Notes: generated from the letters alone by a model not told the origin. 64,000 bases of DNA from Eledone cirrhosa (GCA_964016885.1 OZ024740.1:375038001-375102000); one strand, 5' to 3'. Positions 39,595-58,634 are shown, counted from the first letter of the stretch. Numbers and translations: made by a program.

Positions 39595-42500
39595 GTGCGT
39601 TTTTCATAATCACGCATGATGTTGAACTGGCCATCTTTAAAATTCCCTTTTTGGCATATTAATCTGTGAGAGTCCTGGTTATCGAGTTGAGCTCTGCTGA
39701 TGATGAACTTCAACCGTGACCACTGAAAGTTTTCATGAAATAGTCTTTAAGACTATACAGAGCATTTGAAGTTTTTCCAAATTGAAGGATAGGTATTTTA
39801 GACTTTATTTTATCATGAGTTAAGGCTCTATTGATTTTTCCCTGGATTTCACTAAATTCTGTGGATGAATTTATATCCTGATTCTCTTTGAGATGAGTTT
39901 GAATTATTTTTCCCACATCTTACGTTAACTATTTTTCCCATTTTGACGCTATAGTCACTTGTATATTATGAAATTCTGTTCGCTTTTCGCTGCAGTATTT
40001 TCTATACCTTTCATTTATATATATATTAATATATATATATACCTATATATACCTATACATATATATATAATGTATATGCAGGGCTGCGACCACTAATTGT
40101 GTTAATGCAATACTCGTCGGCACATAGGGTATAAAAATAATTACAATCGTGACCGCGATGAGAATCCGAGATCGGTTGGGTATTTTATATATATTTCTCT
40201 TTCTCTCTGTCTCTCTCTGTCCCTCTCATTTTCTTTTTCCCTCTCATGTTCATGAGAAATACGGAATTTGATCATTGTAATAGATGAGTCAGGATTTTAG
40301 GAAGTATTATATCTTTACGTATTATTGTTACGTAATCAAAAAAGCGTTTGAGGAAATCAGTGGGTTGTTTGGGTATTTATATTGACATTGACAGATTGTG
40401 GTCTCCCAGACTGTTCCATACGTATAGGACATGAACGAGATACAGCTGGACCCCCTGGCCAAATCTCGCTTTCAAATAAAAACAGCAATGTGTGAACGTT
40501 ATATATTAAAAAGATATAAACGAAATGCTGTCGAAGTGTTTTTTCGCACTGTACTTAAATCTGAAGCCACGAAAGAAAGTGTTGTGGGAGAGTAAATGAC
40601 AAGTCAGACATCTATGATACGAATAAATGCAGGTTAAATGTTGTGTTATTTAAAAGCACATAGCTGCTGAGAAGATGGTCATAAACCAATCTGTCTCTTT
40701 TAGTCCGCGATGCTCTGAAAAGATAATGGGATTCGAGAGAACCTTTTGCAGAAAGCGTGAGTTAGGAAGATCTGGCGCCGCCTAGTCTCTATGTGAAGGG
40801 TAAAGAAAAATAATCTGAATCTGCATTTGTATCACTGCGGTGATGATGGCTAAACCACTTTACTTAATGTAGAAATAATTGGTGTAAGAAAAGCATTTTG
40901 AATTTAATCACGAAATAATTTGAGTTACAATGTGGTGCGGTGGTTCAATTAATATTTAATTGGCGAGAAGTCCACGGTATACAGTATATATGAAAACTAA
41001 TGGTGAACGTATTTCGCAGATCCATAGCAAATGGGAAACATGTGAGAATGTGTTGAATATGATTTATTTTTTGCCGAGCATAAGATATTTCCATACCGTT
41101 TTAAAACATTGTATAAGCAATTCCAAATGAATAGATTATAATACTCTAATTGTACCTTATAGAAGAGTGTGTATATTTTCTTCAATTATAATATAGGCAC
41201 AATAATAACCATTAGTGATTACCGAAAGAGTTCCGTGCATTTGAATTTCGAAAGGCATTTAAACAAAACAATATTTATATAGAGTATCATCTTTATATTC
41301 GCACGATTGACCGTTACAGTCTTTCAATATCTCAATAGCAAAGCCACATACTAAACACTTTTTCCAATACAGAACGGCATCTATTCCGAATATTCGGCAG
41401 GTTTAAGGGTCACCATGCTAACTAATACATGTACGTTAGATTTACCAGTAAGTCAAGCCAATCTCCTTAAACCTGGAACCCACTGAATACTTCCATGAAT
41501 TTTCAACTGCCCCATAAACTCTTGACAACTATTTTAAGTTTAACCGTTTCACATTTGATCACGGGAGGGAATCTCCTTACATTAAAGGTGGTGAATGTAT
41601 GCTCTTTTTTCCAGACATTTATATTTGATATTTAAATATGTGACATTTAAATAAATTATTTGAAATGACATTCAAAATGATTCAATATATGTTAAACATT
41701 TAAACCTCCAGATTGTATACGAAATAATCACAAACCAATTATTTCATAAAAGTGCTATGATTATGCAGTAGAATAGTACAAGTTAAAGATATCGCATTTT
41801 AATAAGTTACATTTAATACACCATAACATTCTATTGAGCTATAATATTTCAGATATAGCACTTCTCATAAATATCTTTTTTTTTATATATATAATTGAAT
41901 AGTAAATGTTTCAGTTCATGTCTTTTCTTTGTGTCAAATATATATCTAATGTAAAAAATAGTTGGCCATAATTCTTTCAATATTCATTGTTTTTAAATAG
42001 TTCAAAGTCATAAAGCGAGCCGTAGTAGATATGACATAAAATCCGATAACAATTCGTTTTGCATATTTTGTATAGTATCTGAATTAAACCAAATGTAATA
42101 TTGATTATTTCCATTGCATTGCATTGTATTCTGAAATTATAAATTTTCTTTTTCCATTTGTCAAAGTTTATGTCGCAAGATTATACGAGACGCATCATTG
42201 TTTATAGCCAAGCATCAGATTTCTAATTGTTAGCTCTATTAACATTCCATACATATATTTACAACAGTAATTTCATTTACAATTCAGATGTATGGAGACA
42301 CCACCTAAGCATTCTCAAAGTTAACTCATATTGGCAATATCGATGTGCTACACATTTAGAGTGAAATGTTTTATGTCAATACGTAGAACATAAAATATGT
42401 TGGATCTTGTATCAGTAATTATTTATTGAGAGATTTGATGAAACTAAAGATAGAAGGGACGAAAGGATAACAGTTATATAGTACCTCTGGTGGACTTGAA

Positions 42501-44776
42501 TTGAGGTGATATTTTTGATTGTTCAAAGGATTATAGTAGCTTAAAGTACCACCAAAATTAATGAAGCATCAATGAAATAGTGGCAGTGTCTAGTCACTGA
42601 TACTACGAAATTGAATACTGTCTACCAGATGGTTTTTCATAGAGAAAGAATTTCAGTCTGCATAAAATTACTCTGGTGGTTTCAAAATATGGATGAATTA
42701 GGTGTAGTGTCATATTTAAAAGTTGTGTTGTTTATGCAATACATTCTCATAGTGCAGTATACTTTAAGTATTCGTAATACTTGCAGTACATCAGAATTAA
42801 TAGCATGTATGGCCAGAAGAAGTCCAAAGCTCATAATGCAAGATGTGAATGGCGTAAATAGATTTTTTCGTTTAATCCCAAGGTCACTCTTCAAAAGAGT
42901 ACCACCAGATAGTTAATATGGATAATTTAATTTTGTGACTTTCTTAATATTGACAGAACGAACATTATATTGCAAATATTTTATTTCTTAATATCTTGTA
43001 ATAATTCCTTAATATACAACTATATGTATTTCTTCCAAACGTACGGTATTTTGACCCGAAATACTCTTCCCCGAGGAGGTATATTTATTGTGTGAATAAT
43101 GCATGCTGAACGTTTACATCTGATTCCAATATATATACAGCTGTATTATTCAGACCACCTTGCTTTAATAATAAGTTAATTAATTTCATATGAAGAAAAT
43201 TATTTTTAATAGACAGGAAACGCATTCATCGTATAACAGAATGTTTAAACATTTGCATGAAATATTAAATATGCTTTCTTCAGTATCAATAAGTGTAACT
43301 GATACATTACAACATCTTGAACATATTTCATCGTAGGCGCAATACATTCATCAAATTTAGTTATATTTGAAAGGAATTGAAATAGCTTTGCTACTCGATA
43401 GAAACTATACATAACAGGGAATTTAACGGATATATAGAAGAAGATCAATAATGAACCGCATGAATTGTAAAGCCTACTTTCATGATAAATGAGACACGCA
43501 TCGTGCTCCCATAACTGAATCAATTTTTCAGAGGGATATTTCATAGAAATGTAGTCTCCTCAAAAGGAGAACTAACTATATTTCTGAATTACATTTATCA
43601 TTATCAAACTGCTAATATTCAAAATGATATTTAACGAATTTAATAATCAATTGGCTTCATATACGCCCTGCGTATGAAACAAAAAGGTAGAATATCAATG
43701 TTGCTGGTAAATGGATACTAACTTTATGTATGTATGTAATATATACAAGTGAAATAACGTCAAATATTAAACATGTTTATAATGGCAGTCTACAAAATTG
43801 CACCATGAAATATTAAAGTACTTAACATAACATTGTTTCGATTGAGTAAGTAGTTTTAACACCCAGTGTATAGTAATAGATATTTCCATCCTAAATGAAT
43901 ACACGTTTCGAAATAGGTGTACGTATGTGACGTTATAATTTCTGTTTGCTTTTTTTTTTTTCGATAAGGAAACTCCTCCGTTTTTCTATCTATTACAAAC
44001 GCTTTGTTCCTCAAACGTCTCTTGTACCCGACAACAGTGTGTTTTGCTAAATATTCCATTACTGTCAGCATACATTTGACTTATCTTTCTCTCTAGATTT
44101 ACACATGTATTTATGGGTCAAACATTTTTCTTAAACGGGGAATTTAACGTCCCGTCATATTAATTCATATACAAATATTGGATGCCCAATCGTAAACTGG
44201 TATGACACAATACAGAATTAAATGGAATCCAACTTAATAAGATGACAATAATTCGCAGGTAGATGTAGATAATTTTTATCATAATTTTATCATAATTTCA
44301 ACTAAACATGAAAATATTATTGCTGCGTATTCTCCCAGGGTATTAGCCTACCACAACTACATAGCACATATAGTTATCTGTGTAAAAGATTGAGCATTTA
44401 GGTAGATATATAAAATGCTTTGTTCACTAATACTAACTCCAGTTAAATTAATTTAGTAACCATCGATCTATCCTATGATAGATATTTACCAGTGGGATGC
44501 AAGTGATGTTGTGATGTTTATGATTTTCATATCCAGAGGATAAATACCTAGTTCTATATATATCGGAATGTTCTTGAATCAGAATGAAAAAGGAACTGTA
44601 ATTTTCTACGATATGCTGTTTACTATAAGAAATATCAGAACAGTTTATTAGCGTAGCTTACGATCACTTACATAATATATAGCGCCTTGTAATCATTCTA
44701 CTTTTCACACCTGATTCTACGGTATAATACATTCATGAATTTGTATTTCCTCTCAATAAACCCCTCTAAACTCGAG

Positions 44777-44959
44777 ATTGGCAGTATCGGTAGAGAGTCG
44801 GACGCCATGCTTTGCAACATAGAGTTACGGCCCTTTATGATCTGAGTTCAAATCATGCCGTGGTTAACTTTACCTTTCATCCTTACGGGGTCGATAAAAT
44901 AAAGTACCAGTAATGTACTGATTAATTGCCGGCCTTGTGCCAAAAGTAGAAACAATTAT
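44777..44959 (+). mobile_element. tRNA-derived SINE
   Basis: TGGCAGTATCGG A-box, GAGTTCAAATC B-box, shared body. Confidence 0.85.
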
Positions 44960-45659
44960 AAAGCATATTACATATGTTTGATGAAAAGAAAGTTTGGAAT
45001 TACCAATATTCTCGTCATTAATATTTCCGGATAAATTCATAAAACATCCACGAAACCAGTAAAATACTCATCACGTGAAATTTATTGAGGTTCTGTACAA
45101 TGGAGATTCCTTGTTATTTTACACAATGCAGTTTATATTCTTCGGTAGTCGGTGTGGCAAATGTCTTGTTTTTGCCGCATACTACATAATTATCACGTAA
45201 ATCAAATCCAGGCCAAACATCAGAATCTACATCAGTTGCTTTGACGTTATATTTGTTGTGACGTCGTAATTATTGATTTCAATATACGATGTACTTCACT
45301 ACCTTTTCAATATCAAATATAAAATGTGTATTCATAGAGAGAGTGGTGATATCTAATAGAATACTGATTTGGAACCAGTGAAGAATGTTAAAAACATTAT
45401 AGCGAGAAGACCATATTTAGAGATTAATGTGAACATCCATAAAACAACATAGAACAAGTATTAAATGACATGATATGCTAACATAAATGATATTTTATAA
45501 ACTACCGCTTGTAAAATGTTGCTTAAGAATGTTCCACAAAAACGAGATGAGATTAAGTACACAACACATTTGTTCATAATATAAATGTTCCACACAATAT
45601 AGAAATTAATCACGGATTGTTTTATTTCCTTAAATATTTAGATTATTCGAGAAAGGGTA

Positions 45660-45848
45660 GTGGAATGTCAGTATCGGTGGAGGGTCGGACGCCATGCTTT
45701 GAAGTACCGAGGTACGTCCCTTTACGTTCTGATTTCAAATCCCGCCGAGGTTAACTTTGCCTTTCATCCTTATGGGGTCGATAAAATAAAGTACCAGTAA
45801 TGCACTGGCATAATTGCTGCCCTTGTGCCAAAAGTAGAAACAATTATT
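45660..45848 (+). mobile_element. tRNA-derived SINE
   Basis: Same family; attattcgagaaag occurs both at 45643 and 45843 (possible target duplication). Confidence 0.85.
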
Positions 45849-46836
45849 CGAGAAAGTAGAAACAACTATATACTTCGTTTATCTTGTCATTTTGTTCAGA
45901 CGTAGATATCACTTTATTTGATAATTTATTTCCCTGAATATTGTATCGAGGATTACATGCTTATATGTAACTTCCATTATGAAGTTCGTAGGTTTTAGTT
46001 AAGAGACGTTTTGCTGATATTCCTGGCATTCTGAGTGTCCCAATTCATGTGTGAAACACATAGTTGTCGTTGATTTTTATTTGATAAATTGTATAGTATA
46101 TTCTAGTGGTGTTTACATGAATATGCCCTCTTTCTAAAATCCCGACTGGGTGCTAAATACGTAGGTAACAATTCTTAGAGAGAAAGGAGTGCTCATTCAG
46201 AATAATGAATCTCTCTTTTACTACATACCTAGATTTATACACGTGATAGCATAGGTAATTACCCCGGTTTTATGAGATGTGCACATACATGAATTTAATT
46301 CATTTTATTTACTATATGATTTTAAAATGTTATGTATGAAGACCATAGTTTTCTCAATCTTACAAAAATTCATTTAGTATTAAAATAATCTGTCGTTACA
46401 TGCATATGAATTATTTAATGAGTGGTTTAAAATTCCGAATTCAAGGCCAGAGGTGGGCATATTCTATTGAGAAATACTATTAATATGTATTGATATGAAA
46501 CAAGACATCATTATGAAATCAATTCCTACAGCGAATTAGTAAATTCGATACGTTCATTTCCCTTGGTATATCTGATTCGATTAATTTAAACGTATTTTCC
46601 GCCACTATGGAAACATGAATTTCAAAATGTTACATCGAATGTTACTTAGGAATGTTCTAACTCTCAGGTTGGTTAAATACATATTACTGGAAATAATTAG
46701 AATTGATATTACATTTCATCGAAATAATGATATTTCTATATAATATCTAGTACTATAAATCAGACTTTCTTTTGTAATGAGCACACATACGTATGTATAG
46801 GCATATACATACATACATTAATATATACATATATAA

Positions 46837-49862
<3,026 letters not shown>

Positions 49863-51776
49863 TATATACATTCAGGAGCTGCACGGTTAACCTCCGGCCG
49901 GTTTGACGGCTAGATACGAACTAAAGCACAGGTATTCGAGAGGCGGGAATCTAGCTGAACGCCTCAAGTGGTATAGTTCATATATGGGAGGACAAACTAT
50001 GCAAAAGAAAAAGAATCTCAAAAGGTCTCTTGTGTTTTGTTTTTCTCCAAATATATATCTTCGTATAAAACTCATTTAGACCTGCATTATCCCGATAAAT
50101 GTATTGAATTATCTAGTTTTATTACACTTATGGCAACAAAGAAACGGGCAAGACAGAATGAAAAGTAGGAGAAAATGTGTAACTAGACCTATTGACATGA
50201 GGATGTTAAGCTTGTCAGTAGAGCACACACGCAATTAACATAGAATTCTACCTCGTCAAATATTTCACAGCTGTAAAAATGACATTGTACTTAGCTACAT
50301 TATTTTCAAAAAAGAAAAAAAGACAAGCGAAATTTTAATTTCGGTGTATTTATGTCATAGTGAATGGCGTATTTAAGTTTGTTAATTTGCTCTTTATTTA
50401 CGATTTGTTTTGAAACTAAGCATTTATACTTTATTAATGTATCCCCTCCTCATAGATATTTCTAGTTATAAATTGCCCTATGACCCGGGAAAGGCGCATT
50501 GTTCAGCAATATACTTATACAACCATTCGCATTAACCCTGTTAAAAAGATTCGAATATTTATTTCGCTATACTCATCATATTGCTTCGATCCACATTATA
50601 ATTTTGAAACATTTGCGTTTAATGAAACGTATATTAAACGTCCTCCTAAAATAGTATATTATCAATTATCTATTTTTCTACCACATTGTTTTTCGCGGTT
50701 TCTAATATATTACCCAACTAGATGCTTTGCCTATAGCGTTCTAATAATTATTTCAGATAGGAATACTGTTCATTATTCATGTCTGATATTTCTTTAATAT
50801 GGGAACGATATCGTAAACTTATAAGCATGGAATAAAGTATTATGGTCAGAAACATGATAGAACTAGATTCAACAATAAAACATTCATAAATATTATTGTT
50901 GAATGTGTTTAACCTTCGTCGATTCCTCCTTTTGTAACAACGGAATATTTTATCGTGAAATGAATGTGTATTTTTAAATGTATGAGCATCCCACTGGCAC
51001 GTCAGCCCCTCGCATTCATTTCAGCGAGATTCAGTGTGACACAATGCAACATAACTGCCTTTTGTATTGCATATAAAATTCATGTTTCCCTGTTTTGTGA
51101 CTAGGGAACCCACACATATTTCCTGAGGCACACAACATGTAACACAAGCAACATCAAATTGACGAGGTTAGATTTACGATCAACATCATATACATTAAGC
51201 TGTGCATCATCATCTCATCAATATTATTTTGACGCTATAAACTGGCGTTAATTTAGCAAAGAGATGTCAAAATATTAGATAGAAATACCCGCGGTTATTA
51301 GTTATAGTTCCTTACATTCAGAATAGAAATATTGCCGGGTAAACACTTGTCTTCAGCATAGAAGCATCCAACATCAATTATTAGTTACGTAATTCGTTTG
51401 TTTTGATATTCCGATTAATCATGCTAGATGAGAATCAAATTATAATCTTATGTGGCTAAGTTTTCGTTTGTAGATGAATATCTCAGACAGTCAATTCATC
51501 AATGATTAAAAGAAGGAATATTCAATGAAGACCAAAATCCGATTGAAAGGAGGACGTGTATCGTTCACAATATTCCACACAACCGTTATTTATGCTATTT
51601 TAGATGTAAAAGCTTATATCAAGTCAGTTAATTTGAAAGGGTTATGTGACATTTTGTGAAAAGGAATTTAGCGTCTTCATTTGTGAGCTTATCGTAGCTT
51701 ACCATTTGTACATACATATATATATATATATATATACAAAATCAAATAAAACGTGTGTTTGTGTATGTACATGTAT

Positions 51777-51780
<4 letters not shown>

Positions 51781-51848
<68 letters not shown>
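51781..51848. repeat. (CT)n microsatellite
   Basis: Directly visible. Confidence 0.95.
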
Positions 51849-51855
<7 letters not shown>

Positions 51856-52341
51856 GTGTCACCCTCTATACATCTATCTCTACATCATGACTACAGCCCT
51901 GTACACTAGCATAACCCAAATTGTACTACTTAGATCTATTATATCTTATTATATCCTATTATCATCATTGTGATTATAATTGTCATCATCTATCAATGGA
52001 CCAACATCAAAACATCCTATATTTTACATTCATATTTTATATATCTCTATCTTTCAATTTCTATCGTTCTATTTCTCTCCCTAAATGTATTTAATCTCTG
52101 GCATTTTATCTTATTTTATCTTATTCTATCTTATCATTTTCACTTCTATTATAACTTGCAACTAATTAATCAAATAATTAATTATATAATTAATTTATTA
52201 AAATACCCAATACACACATAAATATATTTAACATTATCATGTTTATACCTTCGTATCTCTCTATATTTTAACCACTCACAAAACCACTTTCAATAATCTT
52301 AATATGTTTAAATGTCTGACCATGTTATTCTTCACTTTTTC

Positions 52342-52404
<63 letters not shown>

Positions 52405-52414
52405 AACCAGTAAG

Positions 52415-52508
52415 ACCCCGACAGCTGAGCTCAAGCCGTTTCGACGGCTAATTCTGGACTAAATGAAAATTTATCCTGGTATTTAAATAGCCGATCTTCT
52501 CAAGGGGT
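52415..52508 (-). ncRNA. Type I hammerhead ribozyme, U3-A8 variant
   Basis: Mirror of 54768-54861. Confidence 0.8.
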
Positions 52509-54767
52509 AATTCCATATATGGTCAAAGTGATTGTCAAAAATCAGTAGTAATTCTGTGGTTGCAAATTAGTAGGGGAGATGGTGGCTAAACCTGCCAGTA
52601 GGAGAAAGAGGGGAGGGGGTGGAGTAGACCCAATCAAGCGTTGGTAGTGCCAGCTACAGCTGGGCATGAGGTCAAAGAAGATACAGGGGAGGGGGAGGGG
52701 GAGGAAGTCGGAACGGTAGGTAGAACAATGTGGGGTAGAAAAATATATATAGGAAAGAAAAAATACTGAGAGTGAAGAAAAGCAAATAAGTGTAAAGAAA
52801 GAAGTAAAGTAAATTAAATTCTACGACCTAGGTCTCAGGCTATTGTTAGGCTAGAATAAAATAAAGAAAGAAAGAAAGAAGTAAAGAAAGAAAGAAAGAA
52901 AGAAATAAAGAAATAACGAAATAAGTAAAAGAACTAGGTGGGACGGTATAGGCAAGGACCCTTTTAAGAGGTATAAGTACGTAAATGATACGGTGACGGG
53001 TCAACAAAAGGGGCCAAAATACTAAAGAGACTACCACGAAATAAACAATAATGGTTTCCATCCCGGGCCAGCCACGACCCAGTGCAGCAAAGTGAACTTG
53101 TATGAGATAATAATTCTGAGTCCCGAGAAAAATATATACTAATGCTAACTCTAAAAGATCTAAAACAAGCTACATGAAAGTTCGTACGAAATAAAGGTAG
53201 AATACGGAGAAATAAATTCAGAATCCACCCCGCCCAGAAGAAAAGCGAAGCAAGAAATACTGAAACGAAAAAATAAGGCATAAGTGCCACTAAGAAATAT
53301 AGAGGGCACAGAGAATAGTGGGAGCGGTCGGAAAAAGGGGGGCAAGTATCCGGGGTCTAAGCCAACTGCTATAAAGGGCGGAGTCCGCCAAATCTATCAT
53401 AGACTAGGGGAGGGGGGGGGTACTAAGGCTACATGGGGCCAAAGGGCAGCCTCGGGTGGGCGAGAAAAGACGCCGACAAAGGAGAAGAGCTGGGGTAGAA
53501 GGACTAAGGAGAGAGGGGGGAAGGAAATAAAGGAAGCGATAAAAGAATACAAAGAAGATCTTACGTCTTCCTTGGCAAGCAGGGGTTACCCATTGCAAAA
53601 TCGGCAAGTGGGGTGTTATAGCCCTAGTCTACCCCCCGGGTCATTATGGGGTTTGAGGGCGAGGTAAGTCTTACGCAATCTATGTTTACATGCAGTGACC
53701 AGTTCATCTTTCTTGTTTAGGAGTTGGTCCGTCGAAAACAGCATATGTAAAGTTTCCTCCGAGCATAAATTGCACGGACGGCGTCCTCCCGTGTAAGAAT
53801 TTGATCTGGACAGTAATCTCCAAGTGAGATCATAGGTGATGTTGTTGTCCTTGAGGTCCCATATGTGGCCCGAAATTGTAGTGGCGTGAACGCTGGGCCG
53901 GGTTTCGGAAGGTATGTCTATGTTGGTATAGCCGGGTCTTGAAGTCACATGCGGTAAGTCCTATATAGGATTTGTTGGAGGTATCCGTCCTCACGTTGCA
54001 CTGGTAGATCACATTACGGTCTCTGCATCTATTGTCGAGTGGGCAAATAGATCTATCCGGGCAGTTACACCTCCGGGTCGGTTCTCCACTGCTATTTAGG
54101 TTATTTCTGCCATCGGGGTTGAGTTTTTTGTTGTTAGAGGAGACGATGTTTTGTGCGAAGTTTGGTGTAGTGCTGTAAGAGAGTTTGATGGTATTTTTGT
54201 TAATTATGTTGTGGTAGCGGTGTTGTAATGGGAAGTGTTTTTCAATGAGCCTAAAGAATAGTTTCCCGATGGGAGTTGTCACCTCTGCGTTGTGGGGAGG
54301 ATTGAACCATGTTACATTGCGTGAGCGGCGGTGTCTCCTGCTGGTTCCGCTAATGGGAGCTGGACAGTAGGATATTTCCTCCCGGAAACCACTCCGCTTG
54401 AGGGCCTTTCTTTATTTTATTCTAGCCTAACAATAGCCTGAGACCTAGGTTGTAGAATTTAATTTACTTTACTTCTTTCTTTACGCTTATTTGCTTTTCT
54501 TCACTCTCAGTATTTTTTCTTTCCTATATATATTTTTCTACCCCCCATTGTTCTACCTACCGTTCCGACTTCCTCCCCCTCCCCCTCCCCTGTATCTTCT
54601 TTGACCTCATGCCCAGCTGTAGCTGGCACTACCAACGCTTGATTGGGTCTACTCCACCCCCTCCCCTCTTTCTCCTACTGGCAGGTTTAGCCACCATCTC
54701 CCCTACTAATTTGCAACCACAGAATTACTACTGATTTTTGACAATCACTTTGACCATATATGGAATT

Positions 54768-54861
54768 ACCCCTTGAGAAGATCGGCTATTTAAATACCAG
54801 GATAAATTTTCATTTAGTCCAGAATTAGCCGTCGAAACGGCTTGAGCTCAGCTGTCGGGGT
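54768..54861 (+). ncRNA. Type I hammerhead ribozyme, U3-A8 variant, with long stems II and III
   Basis: acccc-TTGAGAA-gatcggcta...tagccgtc-GAAA-cggct-tgagctc-agctg-TC-ggggt. Confidence 0.85.
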
Positions 54862-54952
54862 TTTACTGGTTCCTATTACCCACTCTACTACCTCAAGTAT
54901 TGAGTACTTTGGTGCGTTATGGTCCACCTGGTTCCTTACCACATTTCCTTCG

Positions 54953-55101
<149 letters not shown>

Positions 55102-55254
55102 TAAGATGTATGGTAGGTCATATGTGAATGGCGATGATCACGTCTGACCTACCAAATATGTGACGGTAGCTAGTTAAGTTCTATGCGTATACACAGAGCA
55201 GAAATATTAGTGAAAAAGAACAAATGAACTATTATGACATTATAACAAGTTTAT

Positions 55255-55300
55255 TGCCGACAGCCGTTTCGTCCGACCACATGGTGGTACTTTCAAGGCA
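55255..55300 (-). ncRNA. Hammerhead-like motif, U3-A8 type, core one nt short
   Basis: tgcc-TTGAAA-gtacca-ccatg-tggtcggac-GAAA-cggctg-TC-ggca. Confidence 0.55.
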
Positions 55301-55325
55301 TATAACATGTGATCATTATTTCGGT

Positions 55326-55508
55326 GGATTGGCAGTATCGGTAGAGGGTCGGACGCCATGATTTCCAGCATAGTTAGGTCCCTTTACGATCTGAGTTCAA
55401 ATCCCGCCGAGGTTGACTTTGCCTTTCATCCTTACGGGGTCGATAAAATAAAGTACCAGTAATGCACTGGATAATTGCTGGCTTTGTGCCTAAAGTAGAA
55501 ACAATTAT
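55326..55508 (+). mobile_element. tRNA-derived SINE
   Basis: Best-preserved copy; A-box, B-box and body intact. Confidence 0.88.
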
Positions 55509-56347
55509 TTACATTAACGTATCACTCAAGGCTAGCAGTTTGAAATTGAGGTATACATCAGCAACTCCGCTTGTATAGTTGGGGTCTATATTCTAAGGGG
55601 GCTCTTTTATATTAGTTGTCGGGGTCAGGGATTGAAGTTTAAACATTAGATAATATATAGATTACGCATTAACAGTAAACTAAAAGACTTGGGGTCCCGT
55701 AGAAGCACCTTAGAAAATCCCTCAATAAGTGCATAAAGCTTACAGGCTCCAATAAACCTACTAGACTAGAAGAAATTAAGAGGCTAATAAAATAAAAAAT
55801 AAAAATATAAAGTTTCCCTAAAAAATATATAAAGTTTCCTATGAAATTCCTTCTAGAGAAAAAATTATTTTTTCCGAAAGAAAAAAACCTTCTTCTCCCG
55901 AGATCACGTTTACAAATTTCAGAAAACTTACGAAGTTTTGATATTCCCTTCTAAGTTGAAAGAAACTAATCAATTAAAGGTTAATTCAAAGAGCCTTCTA
56001 TAATTCTCTAAGAAAAGGCCCCTTTAATATTTTTAATAGGAACTTTTTCCGAGAGACCCTTCGAAGAATTAAAATTTTAGATAGCCTTTAAGGATATATA
56101 TAAAAACGAATTGAGGAAAATTATACATTAAAAGTTAAAAATTACGGTATTTGGGATATCCGAGGAATTTTCAAAGGGCTGCTTCAACAGATACAACTTA
56201 GGCATAATAGATACAAAGATTTAAGTAATTTATGTAATTTAATTAGGGAGCAATTCAAGGAGTTTATCAAGTTGGGCAAGATTAAAGAAAGTGGTAAATA
56301 AGAAAATACATAAGTAAAAAGACAATAATTATAAAATGTATTTTTAA

Positions 56348-56570
56348 GAAGGTATAAGGTAGCTTCAGTAATTTAACAATGTATTATAACAAAAAATGAT
56401 TATAAAATTATTGATACAGGATTAACAAAGGCATAATAATATATATTCCTGCCTAATTAAGGTATAAGGTAGCCTCAGTAATCTAACAATGTATTATCAC
56501 AAAAAATTATTATAAAATTATTGATACAGGATTAACAAAGACATAATAATATATATTCCTGCCTAATTAA
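56348..56570. repeat. Two tandem copies of a ~111-bp unit
   Basis: aaggtataaggtagc-tcagtaat...tattcctgcctaattaa occurs twice. Confidence 0.85.
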
Positions 56571-56585
56571 CAAGTAATCAAAACA

Positions 56586-56648
<63 letters not shown>

Positions 56649-56784
56649 CATATACATAAATATATATATATATATATATATATAAACTCATTCACAGATA
56701 CACACACAAATGTGTGCGCACACTCACATATCTCTCTAAAATCTCTCTTTCTCCTTCTCTCTCTCTCTCACACACACACACACA

Positions 56785-56895
<111 letters not shown>

Positions 56896-57040
56896 TATCT
56901 ATATATATATATGTATATGTATGTATGTGTGTGTGTGTATGTGTGTGTGTGAGTATTGTTCTCGGAACTAGACAGCTGAGTCGGTGTGCTGTTTCAAAGC
57001 TACACATAAGAAGTTGTATAAGTACCAACAGTTACATACT

Positions 57041-57107
<67 letters not shown>

Positions 57108-57633
57108 GAATGTGTAGGCGATTCAAACACACAGGCCTTCTCCGTTCTCTTGTCATTTCTGTTTGGATTGCCTTAGGAACGTAATAGTATTATATAAGAA
57201 GCTGTCTGATGATGTCAGGGCACTGGGTGCACGCAATCAGGTGGCCACTGTCGTCAATGTTCTTCATCTCCGTAGTTGGCGGTATATTTGGTGCTGTGAC
57301 CAGTATTGTGAGTGCAGCGATGCTTTGAAATTTCACTGAAATTGTATCTTCAACGTTTTCTACAGGAAGAATCCCTTTCCTTTATACTGTTTGTTTATAT
57401 ATATAGTTATGTAATAAACAACATAAGGCAATTATTTCATTTACTAGTGGTTTCTTAAAAGCAAACTAATTTTGCTTTCAATCATCAGAATGAAAAAATC
57501 CTGGTGTATTTATTGGCATTGGATTTTAAAAACAAAAATATAATCTATATGAAAGTGAGGCTGGAAAAGGAAGAAGTTAAGGAAAAATAAACACACATGC
57601 AAACACACACACACACAATTATATACATACACA

Positions 57634-58008
57634 TATGGTGGCTGCCAACTCGTTTTCGAGTACGGCCACTACTTTATATCCATGTAGGAGAACCCCTACC
57701 GATGCGCTGAACGAATGTGACTTTTTAGTCCAGCCAGCGACTTGAAAACTCTGGTACAAAGACTACACGTGTGACCATTATTGACACATAGTGCAGGGCC
57801 CATGGTACCATGTGATGACAAGTGCAGAGAGATATCCAGATATAAAGCAATGCCTGTGCTGTGAAGCTTTTATAGTGAGCAAAGGCACTGCACAAAGCCA
57901 GTCCCACTCTCTTAACCAAGATGATATTTACCAAAAAGAAGAACAAGTCAACATCATTGGATACCATCAGGGTTGCAGGTGTTATATCAGAGTTTTCCTT
58001 CTCCTAGA
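57634..58008 (+). repeat. Second copy of the unclassified 4908-5498 repeat
   Basis: Sequence match; acacacaattatatacatacac occurs on both sides (57612 and 58009). Confidence 0.7.
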
Positions 58009-58265
58009 ACACACAATTATATACATACACATATATATACATACATACACACATATATACACATACACATACACACACGCGCACATATATGTGTATATAT
58101 ATACATACACATAAATATACACACATAAATACACACATAATTATCACATATCCATACATACACATACATACAAATACACGAACGTGCATACACACACACA
58201 CACACATATACATGCATATATATAGATATACATAAACATACATATACATACATACACACACATAC

Positions 58266-58314
<49 letters not shown>

Positions 58315-58634
58315 CACATACATATACATACATATAAACATACACATACATACATACACACAATCATACATATATACACACGTAGATACATACACATACA
58401 TACACACATATATACACGCATACATACGCATGTACAAATATAGAAATATGTACACAAACCTACATAATCACACACAAATAAATATAAGAAAAAATATAAT
58501 AATAAAAATACCGTCACATAAGAATAAAAATGAATATAAAGATTATTATATTGTTGACTGCGATACAGGCAACAAATAAATGAACAGACACACGTGGTAA
58601 TCAATACACACAATTGCACGTACACATACATACG

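Noticed and set aside
57195-57300. CTGATGA followed by palindrome GTGGCCAC as a possible hammerhead; also a possible minus-strand exon
   Set aside because: GAAA is absent and stem I does not pair; the splice acceptor is weak and no peptide is recognisable.
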